A stretch of 63,514 bases of DNA, filler included, from Saprolegnia diclina VS20 (Eukaryota), in the NCBI RefSeq assembly GCF_000281045.1. It is 5 parts of 2 records of this genome, joined end to end, with 100 filler letters (N's around TTAATTAATTAA, not from the genome) between each part and the next. Parts side by side here need not be neighbours in the genome. Positions count along the whole stretch, not along the records: positions 18,641 to 35,013 come from NW_008246082.1; positions 35,114 to 54,186 come from NW_008246082.1; 3 more parts are not named here. One strand, 5' to 3'. Below are positions 31,586-45,174 of the stretch, piece by piece (position 1 is the first letter of the stretch; the number at the start of each line of letters is the position of its first letter). Under the pieces are notes generated by a model that was not told the DNA's origin, made no database searches, and worked only from the letters and a program-made list of their open reading frames with translations. The translations under genes and the position numbers were made by a program.

Positions 31586-34253
31586 ATGGCCTCGCCCGTG
31601 CTCCGGTCGCCCGACCTTTTCACAACGATTGCGTCGTACCAAGATGGACTACCGCAAGATTTGGCGATCGTCCAGCGCCTCGCCAACACCATGGAGCTCA
31701 CGACGTACCAACCCTTTGGAATCTTGCACCAAGCTGGGGTTTTCGCCCACGTCCCAGTCCGGTTTGCGTCGTTGCCGTATCTCGAGCGGTACCCACGCGA
31801 GATGACAAGGCTACCTCATCACGCGCTCTTTGTCTCGCCGTGCTTGTACGACCGCGCCCTCGCACTTCATCTAACGATTGTTGAAGGTGACGTGACGCTC
31901 GTCCAGCAATGGCTGCGATGGGATGCCTCTCTGTGTACGTCGGCGACGCTCGAGCTTGCTGCTGCTGCGTCTCAAGGTCCGATTCTGCGTCTTCTCTTCG
32001 AGCAGTTTCCAGCGCTGGCCACACCCAAGATGATGGACCTTGTCGCCATGTCGGGTGACCTCCCACTGCTCTTGTGGCTTCACGAGGCGGGCGTGGCGTG
32101 CACCACTGCCGCGATGGACGGCGCGGCCATGAACGGTCACTATGACGTCGTCCTCTTCCTGCACTCTGCAAGGACCGAGGGCTGCACGATCGCGGCGGCA
32201 ACGGCAGCAGTGGTCAATGGTCACGCGTCGATCGTTCGCTTTCTTCTCGTGCAGCGCACCGAAAGCTTTGACCCATCGCTCATATTCAATGCACCGCATG
32301 TCGAGCACTTGACGCACAGTGTACTCGGCGAGGCGCATATTGAGGCTGTCGACCTCGTCGAGGCGACGGCGCAGTTGACCGACGCTGCGCTTCAGACGAT
32401 CGTCCACAGGGGGGGTCTCGCCGTCCTTGAACACGTCTACACACGTGGGTACGTTCCACGCATGACCAAGTCGAGAATGCAGTGCGCGCTCGCCAAGCAA
32501 GACCACGCAATGCTGCGCTACGTTCTCGACTGCATCGACCAAGAGAACCCGCGACCACCGAGCGACGATGAATGGCTGCCACCGACCAACGTCGGTTCGC
32601 ACAAGTCGCCTCGGCACCCGAGTCCATTCGATCGGTGGGACTTTTGTACTCTCATGGATTTCGCGGCCTTCAACGGCGACCTGACGTCGCTGGAGCTCTT
32701 GCACAAGAGCCGCCTGCGCGTCGGGTCGGGCCGATCTATCGCCTTGGCCGCGTACCGCGGACACACGCATGTTCTCGAATGGCTGCATACGAACCGACGC
32801 GATGGCTGTGACGAAGATGCGATGGCGCTCGCTGCTGGTCATGGCTACTTGGACGTTGTGCGCTGGCTCCACGAGGTCTACGGACTGTGTCGGACGAACG
32901 CTGCCTTCGCGACGGCAGCGTACGCGGGCCACCTCGATATGGTGACGTACCTCTTGGACGTACCGACGGACGGTGTCGATACGCCAAGCGACGCACAACT
33001 CCCGACACGACATCGCCTTGCCGTTGCACGACTACATGCAAGATGGTCAACGTGGCAGCCCGGATGGCAACTGCGTCTCGGGCTCGGCGACGTTCTGGGC
33101 GGCGAGCCAAGGTCACCTCGAGGCTTTGGAGCTGCTTTTGGCCCGCGGCCATCCCGTTCCGCCCAATGCGATCGAGAAAGCCGCGGCACACGGTCACTTG
33201 CACGTCGTGCAGTTCGGAGGTAAATGTGCACCTTTGAAGTGCGTCATGACCACAAGAAGCGCTGTCAGCGTTGGTGTCTCGGACGCGATGCCAGCACCAC
33301 CGAGAAGCGATGGGACTTCAAAGTCCTTGGGCGTCTTGACCTGTGGCGGTGGCGCATTCACGCTGGCCAAATCGGTATTTTTCTTTTTCTTAGGGGTCGT
33401 CTTTGCGGACGCGTTGTCTCGTAGCGCGCGCTGGGCTGCCTCCTGCGCCCGCTCGGCCTCCTTGGCGGCTTTGAGGCGCGCAGCCTCTTCGCGCCGAAGG
33501 GCCTTGGCCGCCCGGGCTTGGTACGCCTTGCGTTTTTCCAGCACCTTCTTGAGGAGCTTGCGGGCCTCGTCGTCGGTCGCGACGGTGTCCGCGACCGGCT
33601 GGATCGCGGCGGCGGTGTCGACAGCTCGCATCGGATGCGATCTTGGGCTAAAAACACGCAGTTTGCACGACAGTGTTGACCTATCACTTGTCTCTAGTGA
33701 GCAACGGCGCGGACGCCTTCACGAGAGCTTTGGCTAACGCTGCAGTCACCGACGCCTCATCAGCGCGGTGCGGGCAGCACACGTCGACACGGTAGCGTAC
33801 GTGCTGTCGCATGGCTGCTGGCAGCACGAGGCCCCGAAGACGCGCTTGAGGCAGTCTTTTTCCAATCTGCCCACGCCGCCCAACGAGGTGGTGTCTCCTT
33901 GGGAGAACTTGTGTGTCGCGGTCGCGGACTCTGGGCGCGTCGACTCGTACGAGCTCGTGGGTGACGCGTTTCCCGTCGAGTTGGCGACGCCGCTACGAGC
34001 TCGCATCTCGGAGCGCATGATGGTCCACGCGGCGCTCCATGGCCATCTCGACATGCTCCGACATTTGCACACCAAATGCGGCTTTGGATGGACGGCTGTG
34101 GTGTGCGATGCAGCGATGCACAGCCGCCGCAAGACCACACTGCGCTACCTGGAGACGATGGGGCCTCCGGGCGCCACCATGTACACGGCCGACAAGCACA
34201 TTGGCGCGAGGGCGAGACTAGAGCCTCATTTTCAGTCCCCATATATCCGATAG
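31586..34253 (+). pseudogene. Ankyrin-repeat family gene, disrupted
   Basis: Repeats of MD.AA..GH..VV.FLH..R.EGC; frame change at ~32973-33042 (frameshift or 70-nt intron); 501-bp foreign insertion 33216-33716; in-frame TAA at 33735-33737; ankyrin sequence resumes to ~34250. Confidence 0.75.
33216..33716 (-). other. Inserted antisense fragment of an unrelated gene (K/A/E-rich helical protein)
   Basis: Minus strand has codon-biased DDEARKLLKKVLEKRKAYQARAAKALRREEAARLKAAKEAE...; removing it rejoins HLHVVQF|LHESFG. Confidence 0.65.
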
Positions 34254-34608
34254 AGTAGTAGTTAGTCGTGCAGCCATGTTGACACGTCGTCCAGCCATTT
34301 GATCCGCGTTTAACCGATATCAAGACGAGAGTTATGCAGAATATATCAGTGTGTGCATACGCTCCTGGGAAGAAAGAGAGGCGGTGCACGCCACATGTAC
34401 CCTCCAGCTCAATGTATCACAGCGATGACGACACCTCATGAGCCGAGGAGGACTGCGACCACGGTGAATTGTTGTCGATCGACGCGCATCGTAACCATTA
34501 TCCGGCACTCTGTACGGATAAGGAAGTCAAAATGACAATCAACGGCACGACCAACATTTGGCGCGTGTCAAAACTACTACTGATGCGGTCATTTCCCAAT
34601 TGTCAACG

Positions 34609-35013
34609 ATGGCCTCGCTCGTGCTTCAGTCGCCCAACCTCATCGAGGCCATTGTGTCGTACCAAGATGGTCTTCCCGAAGACTTGGCGATCGTCCAGCG
34701 CCTCGCTGACACTGTCAACCTCACACCAGGTTCGCAGTACCGAAACTTGAACCAAACGGGGTACCTCGCGCACGTCCCAGCCCGGTTTGCGTCGCTACCG
34801 TACCTTCAGCGCTACCCCCACCCGACGACCAAGCTACCTAGCTACGCGCTCTTTGTCTCGCCGCGCTATTACGACCGCGCAAGTGCGCTCCACCTCTCGG
34901 TTGTGGAAGGTGACGTGGCGCTCGTCCAGCAATGGCTGCGATGGGATGCCTCTCTGTGTACGTCGGCGACGCTCGAGCTTGCTGCGGCCGCATCCCAAGG
35001 TCCGATTCTGCGT
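34609..35013 (+). CDS. Ankyrin-repeat family paralog, truncated by the gap
   Basis: MASLVLQSPNLIEAIVSYQDGLPEDLAIVQRLA...LELAAAASQGPILR, near-identical to the start of the 31586 copy. Confidence 0.8.
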
Positions 35014-35113
35014 NNNNNNNNNNNNNNNNNNNNNNNNNNNNNNNNNNNNNNNNNNNNTTAATTAATTAANNNNNNNNNNNNNNNNNNNNNNNNNNNNNNN
35101 NNNNNNNNNNNNN
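35014..35113. other. Artificial assembly spacer
   Basis: 44N-TTAATTAATTAA-44N. Confidence 0.97.
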
Positions 35114-35194
35114 AAAGGTGCAAACGCAGACGATGCGATTGGTGGTATCTTTGGAGCGTCAACCAATGGCATCGCGAGGCAAGTCAGGTGCGCA

Positions 35195-38100
35195 ATGGCC
35201 GGCGTCCCGAGATGCGAGACGGACGTCGATGGGTTCCTACGCCGGTACCCAACGTACGACGGACGCAACACGATCGTCGCGATCTTCGACACAGGCGTCG
35301 ACATGGGCGCCGCCGGTCTTCATGTGACCACTGACGGCAAGCCCAAGCTGCTCGACGTCATTGACGCCACGGTACCATAGACATATATCGCGATCCAGCA
35401 TCGTACCTCATGCTGCTAACGTAGGGCGCGAGTATGTTCATCGAGCTTGCTAGTTGCGACCATGCCTTATGCTGCGATGCTCTGTAGATGATGTCGACAT
35501 GTCGACGGTCGTCAAGGCCAAGGATGGCAAGCTCAAGGTCGGCAAGAAGACGTGGACGCTCAACCCATCGTGGACCGCCGTCGATGGCTCGTACCGCATC
35601 GGCTCCAAGCGCGCATACGAGCTTTTTCCCGCGCCGCTCGTCAAGCGCCTCAAAGCCGAGGCCAAAGACGCCTTTCTCACATTGCACCGCGCGGCCATCG
35701 ACGTTGTCCAGGCCAAGTTGGTGGCGTGGGAGACGTCCGAGCGTACGGTCGACGTGCGCCGTGACCTACTGGCACAGCTCTCGATCCTCGACGAATCGGC
35801 CAAGAGCTTTGACGACATGGGGCCTGTGTACGACTGCATCCTCTTTTTTGACGGGAGCGAGTGGCGGGCGGCGATCGACGACTCGGGCAACTGCGACTTT
35901 GGCGCGATCGAAGCCATCGGCGTCTATCACAAGCGGTGCGAGTTTCGCTGTTTTAGCGACGCCTCCCAGCTGCACTACGCCTTCAACGTCTACGACAACG
36001 GCGACGTCCTTAGCATCGTCTGTGACGCCGGGTCGCACGGCACGCACGTCGCGTCGATCGCGGCCGGTCACGACCCAGAAAACGCAGCCAACAATGGAAT
36101 TGCGCCCGGCGCGCAGCTCGTATCGATCAAGATTGGCGACACACGCATGGGGTCGGCCGAGACGGGCACTGCCATCTCGCGCGGTATCCTCGCGGTCCTC
36201 CAGCACAAGTGCGACGTCGTCAACATGAGCTACGGCGAACACGTCGTACATCCCAACCACGGCCGATCCGTCGACCTCATCAACGAGCTCGTCCACGACC
36301 ACGGCGTCACGTTTGTAGGCAGCGTGGGCAACGACGGCCCGGCGCTCGGGACGATCAAAGGTCCGTGCGGGCTCTCATCCAGCGTACTCGGTGTCGGCGC
36401 GTACGTTTCACGGGACATGATGTCCAATGTCCACAGCTTGTGCCCGCCGTTCGCCGAGTCGACGTTGTATACGTGGTCGTCGCGCGGCCCGTCGTTAGAC
36501 GGCGACAATGGCATCTCGGTCGTCGCACCCGGTGGTGCGATCACGTCAGTGCCCCATTGGACACTGAGCAAGCAGCAGCTCAAGAACGGAACGTCGATGG
36601 CCGCGCCGCACTGCGCGGGCGTCCTTGCGCTTCTCATCAGCAGTCTCAAGGCGCAGCAGATTCCATACCACCCGTACAGTCTCCGACACGCTCTCGAAGC
36701 GACAGCGACGCCATTGCCGGGTGTCAGGGCCCAAGAACAAGGCTGCGGCTTGGTCAACACGCCAGGAGCGTTTGACCACGCGGTGCGTCATGGCCCTCGC
36801 CTTTCTGAACAACCGTGGTTCCTGGACGTGCGCGTGACGTCGCCAGGACGACCGACGGCGCGGGGCATCTGCCTCCGCGAGCCGTTCGAGGTGACGCCGG
36901 CGCGTGTCGAGCGGACGATCAAAGTGACACCAGTCTTTCCAAAGGCGGCGCCAAACACCGACCGGGTCGCGTATGCAAAAACGTTGCGTCTGGTCGCGAC
37001 GCAGCCGTGGGTGCGCGTGCCGTCGATGCTGACGCTGTGCAACGACGGCCGGTCGTTTGTCGTCTCGATCGAAATCGAGCACTTGGCGACGAACGAGGTC
37101 CATGACGCGCAGATCCTGGCGTTTGAGACGCCATCTGACACGAGTCCGTGCATGCGCATTCCCGTGAATGTCATCAAACCACTCCCGGTCACTGACGGCG
37201 TGTCCGTCACGGCCTCGGTGGCGCCCGGGAAGGTGCATCGAACGTTCCTCACCGTGCCACCAGGAGCGACGTGGCTGAACCTCTGCGTCGCGACGCCGGA
37301 CAGCCAGAGTCCTACGACCGTACTGCATCTCAACCAGTACGAAAGCATGACGCGCCCGAACGCCAAGTACCTTCACAAGCGGTTCGTACCGGACCTCGCA
37401 GCGGACACCGGCGTCAGCATGAGCGTCCGGGCGGACGCGACGCTCGAGCTCGCGATTGCGCCATTTTGGAGCACATCAGGGGGTCCCGTCACGCTGCGCA
37501 TCGACGGTGTCTTTCGCGGCATCCTCCCCGACCCGTCACAGGTACTATATACTATTCAATAGCCGTGTTGCAGTATCGCAATATGACTGCGGTTAGGTGA
37601 CGCTGCACGCCGGCGACGGCACCACGCGCGTCGACCTAAAAGCAATATTGCGCACCGAGACTTTGCTTCCGGACGCCAAACTGCAGCGCTGGACGCAGCG
37701 TCTTCGGCCGACGAGCGCGCACGTGTCGCCGTGCTCGTCGCGAAGTGCGTGGTCCGACCACCGTAGCATCTACCAACTCGTGCTGAGCTACAAGGTGACA
37801 CAAGTCGACGACGGTCGCGTCATTTGGCGACTGCCGCTGCTCAACGGGCAGCTGTACGACTCGCCGTTCGAAGCGCAGCTCCTCATGGTGTTTGATGCGC
37901 TGAAGAACCTCGTCGGCACTTCGGACGCGTACCCGACCGAGATGACGTTGGCCAAAGGGACCTACGTTGCCCGTGTGCAGGCACGTTTCTCTTACTTGTG
38001 TCTGAGATTCTGAGATGGTTTACAGCACGATCGCGTAGATTCGGCACCACGAGTACTCTGTTTTGAACGGATTGATGCAGAGCCTCTTGCTTGTCGATCG

Positions 38101-39361
38101 CAGTGTGAAAGACGTAGTGTTGCCTGTCTACGCCGCCGCCGAGAACGCGTCCCTTCAAGCCAAGCCAATGGCGACGACGTAAGAAGTCTCATCGTGACAT
38201 GTCCTGTTTCATAAGTGACGTGTCGTAGGGTGCTGGCCAAAGGCGCCGCGCTACCCATCTTTGTCGGAGAGCCTCCGATCGAGAAGCTCCCGAAAGGCGT
38301 CGCCCCCGGGGACGTCCTCACGGGTCGCATCACATATGGGAAAAAGCAGCCCGAGACATGGCGCGGGTATTCTACTTGACACGTTGGGGGCTGAAGGACT
38401 CGCATGTAGCGCGAGTTGCAAGCCTGATGGCTTTGCTCTGACGTATACCGTGCCGCCGTCCGAGACCAAATTCAAGGAGCCGGAAGCTAAGGACGCCAAG
38501 GTTCCGTCTATCCACCACTTGATACAAACTTGATACAAAACCGCAATGTAGAGCCCAGACGACGACGATGCCGACACGGAGAGTGCCGATGCCGACGCGC
38601 TGCGTGATTTTCTCGTGACCCGGGTCACCAAGAAAATCGGAAAAGACGAGTTTCTGCCCCAGTGGCAACATCTCATGACCTCGTACCCGGGGCACCTGCC
38701 GCTCCTCCGCGTTTGTCAAGTTATCTTGTTTTCGTAGCTCATACCTTGACACGTCTAGGCGCATCTGCAGCATCTGGATGTCGAGAAGACGCGTCTCGAC
38801 CACTTGAGTGCAATCGTGGCGGCCGCCGATGCCATTTTGGCGCAGCTTTTGCCCGAGCTCCCGACGCTGGCGGCGTACTATGGGCTCAGGGCCCTGCCGT
38901 CATCGCCCGCGGCGTTGCGCAAGGAGAACGACAAGAAGAAGGCGCTACTTCTCGACGCACTTGGTCGCAAAGCCCGAGCCCTCGCCGACGCGGCGAAAGA
39001 CGTCGAGTTTGCGTCGACGTATACCCTTCTGCAGCAGTGGGCGTCGACAAATTCCGATGCCAAGCACCTCCACGCAGCGCTGTATGACGACACGCGACGT
39101 GGCTTTTACGGTCTTGCTCTTCAGGTAGTCTACCTCGATCCTCCTTTGTCTCATGGTGGATGAATCTAGCGTTTGTACACGATGACGTCAAGCAGTGATA
39201 AACCGAGCGCGGCCAAAGAGGTACATGGGCTCTAGTATCGATAAGTACTAAGGGGCGACTAGATTCTGGACAAGAAAATTGCGCTCTGCCGTACGCTCGG
39301 GTGGGCGCATCTCGCGTCGACCCTCAGCGCGGTCACCCCAAAGGATTATGCGCCATTTTAG
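35195..39361 (+). CDS. TPP2: Tripeptidyl-peptidase II (subtilase S8), multi-exon
   Basis: YDGRNTIVAIFDTGVD (Asp), HGTHVASIAAG (His), NGTSMAAPH (Ser), YTWSSRGP, LYDSPFEAQL, C-terminal LGWAHL...PKDYAPF*. Start is near the gap and uncertain. Confidence 0.93.
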
Positions 39362-39446
39362 TCGTTTAGTCGAAGCGACTATTCATAGTCGAAGAAGTTG
39401 AAAACGCTAATTGACAACTCTATTTTTTGCGCCTCGTGCTCGCAAG

Positions 39447-40813
39447 ATGAACCCCAAGGACGCGATCGGGTCGTACCTGACGTCGCTCCGCGGCGACCGC
39501 AAGCACATTGAAAAGATCGACGAGGGCGTCCCGTTCTTCGTGCCGCAGCTCTCCAAGGTCAAAACGTCGGCCATGTGCACCAACAAGAAGCAGACGCACC
39601 TCCTCTTTGGCTACGAAACACTCAAGCACTCGTTCGACGAGTCGTACCGCAAGCAGGGCAACCCATCGCTGTACACGGCCGAGAAGATGGAGCAGCGCCA
39701 GCGCCTCCAGAACGACCGCCAAATCCAAGCCTGTCTGTGCCGGTTCTGGGACACGTTTACGAGCGTCCGCCTCGGCAAAACCACGATTGACGAACCCGAG
39801 TACTGCGACGTCTTTGTCAAGCTCTTCAAAGCGCTCGTGCCCCCCCAAGAGGTGCGTGGCTGCCTGTCGCTGTCCTTTCTGTGTCCTTTCTGTGTCTTTT
39901 CTGTGTCTTTTCTGTGTATTATCTGTGTATTTGGAGATTTTTGTCGATTCGAGTATTCACTCGACTATGGCAGTTTGCGGTCGCCGAAGCCCGCAAGATT
40001 GTCGAGAAGGACTGGGCGCGGGACGTGGGCGCGGCCAGCGAAGCCATGTCCAAGGCGATGTTTTACCGGTCGCTCTTTGAAGTGGTATCTATCCATGTAT
40101 CAAGTGGATGTCGATGATTTTCGCAGGCGGACATTTGGACGACTGAGATTGGCGTCGACGAGTACGTGACGTTCTTGACCAAGCTCTTTGAGCGCGTGAC
40201 GATGACGGTGTTTGACCAAGAGAAGGCGCTGTGGCTGACCAAGTTTGCCGACCTCGACGTGATCAAGTCGAGTTGGGACGAAAACCAAGCGCTGGCCGCC
40301 TCGTCCGGCGAGTCGATCTCGCCCAAGCGCCAAGCCGAAATCGCGCGCCTTCGCAAAAAGTCGCACACGCTGAGCTCGATTCCTCTCCATGACGAGCGAA
40401 AAAGTGATCTCCCAAATGTCGTCACGAGTCCCGAGCGACAGCGCTCGTTTCGACAGCGCAAGAGCGATCGCCGACTGCCAATTGACGCGCCGACGTCACC
40501 GGTTATTGTCACCGAACCGAGTCCCGAAGCATTCGACGTCGAAGCTCCCAAGAGCAGCCCGACCCGCGCACCATTTTCGTCACCGCGCAAGCCCCCGAAA
40601 GGGTATCATGACGGCAGCGGCCAAGGCGTCGAGCAAATTCGACTGGCGATGCCGAGCATCTACCTCTCGCCCGACCTCGACGTTCAGAAAGAAGACGTCT
40701 CGGCCATGAAGCGTCGGCAGCGAGAGAGCGCCAAGCTCGCCAACCGCCTGCGAAGGTACTTGGGTGTTTTGTCAAGACCGCGCTAACCCTCTCCCTGTAG
40801 GACAACCTACTAA
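39447..40813 (+). CDS. Hypothetical protein with a possible EF-hand-like helical domain and low-complexity C-terminus (4 exons)
   Basis: Codon-biased exons: ...IDEPEYCDVFVKLFKALVP / ...EKDWARD...FYRSLFEV / ADIWTTEIGVDEYVTFLTKLF... Confidence 0.7.
39871..39932. repeat. Intronic 11-bp minisatellite (~5.5 copies)
   Basis: (TGTCCTTTCTG)2(TGTCTTTTCTG)2 TGTATTATCTG TGTATTT, decaying 3'-ward. Confidence 0.85.
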
Positions 40814-40877
40814 GTTGGATATATACACACGATGGCGTTGGATGGACAAGTGGATCTTCTCGCTTATCACGTTGTCT

Positions 40878-42960
40878 CTACGCCATGCCTTTGGCCTGCT
40901 TTCGCCGCGCACCTTCCTTGCGGTGGTGGTTGCCCACTTTCGCTTTGTTATGCTCCTTGCGCGCCCGGTTGATCATTTGCTTTTTCGGGTCCTCCGACGC
41001 TGTCTTGTCTTCGGCGCCGATCGCGCCGCCCTTGGCCTTGGTCGTGCGGCGGCCTTGGGGTGCCGGCGGCTTGGCCTCGTCGTCGTCCGTCTTCTTCTCT
41101 TGCATCGACACTGCGGTATCATGGTTTTTGTTGCGCATGCCTTCCCAGTAGGCGTCTTCGGCTTCCTGTGCACGGACCATCTTGTTGCGGGCCTTGATCT
41201 CTTCATAGTCGGTCGGCTCATCGTCATGGACGCCAAACGGTTCGTATTCTTCGAGCTCGTCGTTGTAGTCGTCGTTGTACTCGTTGATATTCGGTGCATC
41301 CATCCACAGCGGCGGTTCTTCGTCGTATGCCATGATGAGCGCCTGTGTCTTGGCGGCCGTCGCCGCATCGTCCTTGGCACTCTCGGCCTTGTACGTCGCC
41401 GCTTGCTTCTTCTTCCCGACCTACACCCGACCGACTGTATCGTCGATGTTGGTTATAGGTGAGGTAGCATACCCAAACTTGCGTCTTGTCGACGGTTGCC
41501 GTCGGCTTGGGCGCCGTCAACGTAATGTACGCCGGGTCGGTCTTGGTCATGTGCCGATCGAGCGACGAGACCTCTGTGACGTCATGCAATGAGATATTTT
41601 TCACAGGCGCAAGATCGCACCGGCGGGCAGAGCGTCTTCGAGAAGCGCCATGATGACGTTGTCCGCTTGGTGCTTGCACGCCTTGATGCATAGCTCCAAA
41701 AAGCCATCGCCAAGGTCTGGAAAGACGTCGCGGACTTGTGCGATGAGCGCGGACGTGTCGACGTCGGTAGTGGCAGATGGCGTCGGCGGTGCCATGGGCG
41801 TGACAGGGGCGGGCGCCGCGCGGACGGGCAGACCGTTGAGCATCATACCGAGGTACTCGGCGCGCGTGCTGTCGATACCGGCCGCCGCAAACGCGGTCGC
41901 ACAATTTCGCTATTCAGCAGCGTCAAGATGGGGGAAGAGAGGTTGAATCTACCGTCAGATCAAAGCATTGGTTGTAGTCCGAGAGCAACGAGCCGTGCTC
42001 CGTGACGATCGACGGCGCTGCGTTGCCGTGCAGAAGCGCGTCGAGCAGCGAGAAGAGCGTCTCACAGGCCTCGTCCGCCTCGGTCGGTCGACTTCGCATG
42101 GCCGAGAGGAGGTGGTGTTCGAGCCAGTGGTCCAGCAACTAGCGTCCATATAATATGAGATTTACCGCGCGTAACAGCGCAAATCGCACCGTGAGGAGGT
42201 GGTGGCGCGTCTTCCCAAGGAGCACACGAGCCGAGTGCTTGTCACCAATCGTCTGTTCGAGCATCGGAAGGTCGCATTCGTATGCGACGAGAAGGGCGTG
42301 CAGGAGCGTGTTGCCATCAAACGCTTGTGCCAGCGGCTGGCCCGGCGGCGTCAAGACGTCGAGAAACGTCGGCGAGCAGGCGCCAAGCGCTTCGACCTAC
42401 AGAGAGCATATGAGCGGCGTCAAGGCGCAGTCATGGGGCATGTACCGACTGCGCAATATCCTGTAGCTGCTCGAGAAGCTCTGTGGCCGCCTCGTCGGCG
42501 TCCTTGAGCGTATTGGCGCGCCCATGCAGCTCGACCAGCGCCTGTGCATATACGTGAGCGCGCGCGGTTGATGCGATCGAGTGCGAACCTGGTAGAAGAC
42601 CGCATGCTGCATCGGCATCTGCTCCTTGAGGAGCGGCGCGCGGGCAAAGAGGCGCTCGACGACCCACTGCATGGCTTGGACGTTGCTCTCTGCGTAGACC
42701 GAGCACATGACGAGGAGGCGCGAGAGCGAGAAGATGCCACGTTGCACGAGCTGGTCGATCGGCGCTTCGTCGGCGGCGAGGACGCGGGCCACGATGGTCA
42801 AGAGGTTCTCGGGCAGCCCGTCCGGGATCGCTTGCTTCGTCGCGACCTTCTTCGCGAGGCCCTTCATCTCCATGAAGACGAACTCGGAGACCTTGGCGTC
42901 CGAGGCGAAGAGCCGCAGGAAGACGTCGCGGTCCAAGCTCAAGAGCGCTGCGTCCGTCAT
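40878..42960 (-). CDS. ASCC2: ASC-1 complex subunit 2 (CUE-domain protein), multi-exon
   Basis: CUE domain IAQVRDVFPDLGDGFLELCIKACKHQADNVIMALLEDALP; acidic YNDDYND motif; C-terminal RKEHNKAKVGNHHRKEGARRKQAKGM typical of ASCC2/Cue3. Confidence 0.82.
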
Positions 42961-43853
42961 CGTGTGTGGTTTTCTGGGCCGCGGCTGCCACCCTCTTTTG
43001 TCACCAGCGTCCACGTTCCGGGAAAGGTGCGCGCGGTCCACGTATTTGCGGCATGGAACAGAAACACGCGGCACATGCCGAAAACAAAATATGACGTGGC
43101 AAGCGGACGACACGAGCGCAATGCGATGTATGGAAGCGGCAACAGGATGCACACGTCTTTGGTATGTCGGTATGTTTGGGACACTGCTGGGACAACGAAG
43201 CGGTGGGAAGGTCGTCGTCGTCGAGGTGTGTGGCAGCGGCATCGTCACGCACCTGACGCGCGTGCGACGGAGGTTGGCGTGGCCAACTCGAGTATAGGAC
43301 CCTCCAAAGACTACACCTTCAGCTTGATAGTGTATCTAAGACAGGTGGGATGAATCAAGCGTGATTTGTTGCCCAGCACAGAGCAGCTTTTTGTGAGCTG
43401 TATGCACGTCGAACAACATGAACCTCCAGCCCTCTTACTGTTTCTTTCGTCTCTACTACTGGCGCATGCCAAGGATCGAAGTACTGCCGAGAGACGAAAG
43501 AACGTTGGCACTACTAGAGTCGCCACACGAACGACAGTCGCGACAGGAGTGGGTGCATGCTACCGGAGGCATGGCCAAGAGCGAGCTGCCACTGTGGAAC
43601 TCCTGATTTTTTTCATTCCCGGCGCGATCTTCGCATAAGCCGATCTAGTATCTCTTTATATATGAGTACAAATAATGTTTGTATCACACCGACAATTTAG
43701 TGCACAGTGCATCAAGACAACAACTCGTGGGATACCGATTGCGAAACTGTTGTTGAAGGTCATGTTTCGAGAGGAGTTTTATACACTTGTTTTTTACTGT
43801 TCAAATCACACAACAACTTGGACGTTCATTTGCAGACAATAGCAGCAAGCCCC

Positions 43854-44540
43854 ATGGCCCCGGACGCAACCCCGCATCCTCGCATGGCCATGTCGTTCAT
43901 CCTCGTCAGCAGCAGCAATGACGACAAGGTCCAGGACGACGCGACCAGACCCCAACCGCTAAGCCCGTTGCCGAGCGTCGGCTACCGCCACCCGCGACGC
44001 CAGGTACTAGTAGCGCAGACAGGCAGCAAGGAGTGCGACTACCCGCGCTGCAAGCGAGCATCGTCGCGTGGATCGAACCGGTGCGTCAGTCACGGGGGCG
44101 GCAAGGCGTGTACCGTCTCGGGCTGCCACGTCGCTGCGCACAGCCATGATCTCTGCAAGAAGCACGGCGGTGGCCCGCGTTGCGTGGTTCAAGGCTGCAG
44201 CAAAAGCTCCCAGGCCGGCGGCAAGTGCATTGCGCACGGCGGCGGCCAGCTTTGCACGGAGCCGGGCTGCCACATGCGAGCGCAGCGCGGCAAGCGCTGT
44301 TCGGCGCACGGTGGCTTTGTCCTCTGCGCGGCACCGGGCTGCTTCAACAAGGACCGTGGCGGTGGCTTGTGCAACCAGCACCGTCGGCATCTGCTCTGCA
44401 GCGTCCCGACGTGCAAGCGTCTCGGCAAGGTCGATGGCGTCTGCACGCAGCACTACAAGGTCGCCAAGCAGGCCACGGACCACAGCAATACCAACGGCGT
44501 CGTCCTGCAGCCACCTGGCGTAGAGGCCATCGTGCTGTAG
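43854..44540 (+). CDS. Cys/His zinc-repeat protein (C-x4-C-x8/9-C-x2-HGGG; WRKY19-like repeat family expanded in oomycetes)
   Basis: Six tandem units, e.g. CVVQGCSKSSQAGGKCIAHGGG; N-terminal MAMSFIL motif. Confidence 0.85.
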   Translation: MAPDATPHPRMAMSFILVSSSNDDKVQDDATRPQPLSPLPSVGYRHPRRQVLVAQTGSKECDYPRCKRASSRGSNRCVSHGGGKACTVSGCHVAAHSHDLCKKHGGGPRCVVQGCSKSSQAGGKCIAHGGGQLCTEPGCHMRAQRGKRCSAHGGFVLCAAPGCFNKDRGGGLCNQHRRHLLCSVPTCKRLGKVDGVCTQHYKVAKQATDHSNTNGVVLQPPGVEAIVL

Positions 44541-45174
44541 TCGCCATCGACGACGTCGTCGTTGCCATCTCGTCGCTGGCTGTTTCGAAATCTTTGCAGT
44601 GGCACCGACCAGCACCGACCACAAATATCAACCGGATCTTCGCTCTCAGATCTACCGTATCCGGGACGCGTCAGATAGGCGGGTGTGGTTCGGTGGAGCT
44701 GCAGCGTTCTACCGTGTAGCTCTACCGTGCCTGGCATGCGATAACACGCTATTGCGAAGGGTGCAACACACTGGAAGAGACCACTGGTCCCACCCATCTT
44801 GATCCCGTGGCATCTCGCGATACTGTCAGTGCAGCAGATCCGCCAAGCGGACCATGCCAGTCTCCGAGACTTTCATAATGAGCGCTCCAAGATGGGACGA
44901 CATGGTCGCAAGATGCAAATGCTCAACGCGTACGAGCTCGCTGGACGACTAGTTCTTAGCGCGCACGCTTGGCAGGAGGGGCCCCACGAGGTTGTCATTT
45001 TTGGGATACCTTCAGCGTGCGATGCCCAGGATGCAAAGCAATCTCCTGTTGCACTACGACATGCATCGCGCCTGCGATACAGAGACGACGTTCGTAGTAA
45101 TGTTGACGGCGTCGACGGCGTTGAAGGCAGTTGCGGCGTTGCACTCACGTGCGCTGCATTACACTTCGCGCAAT

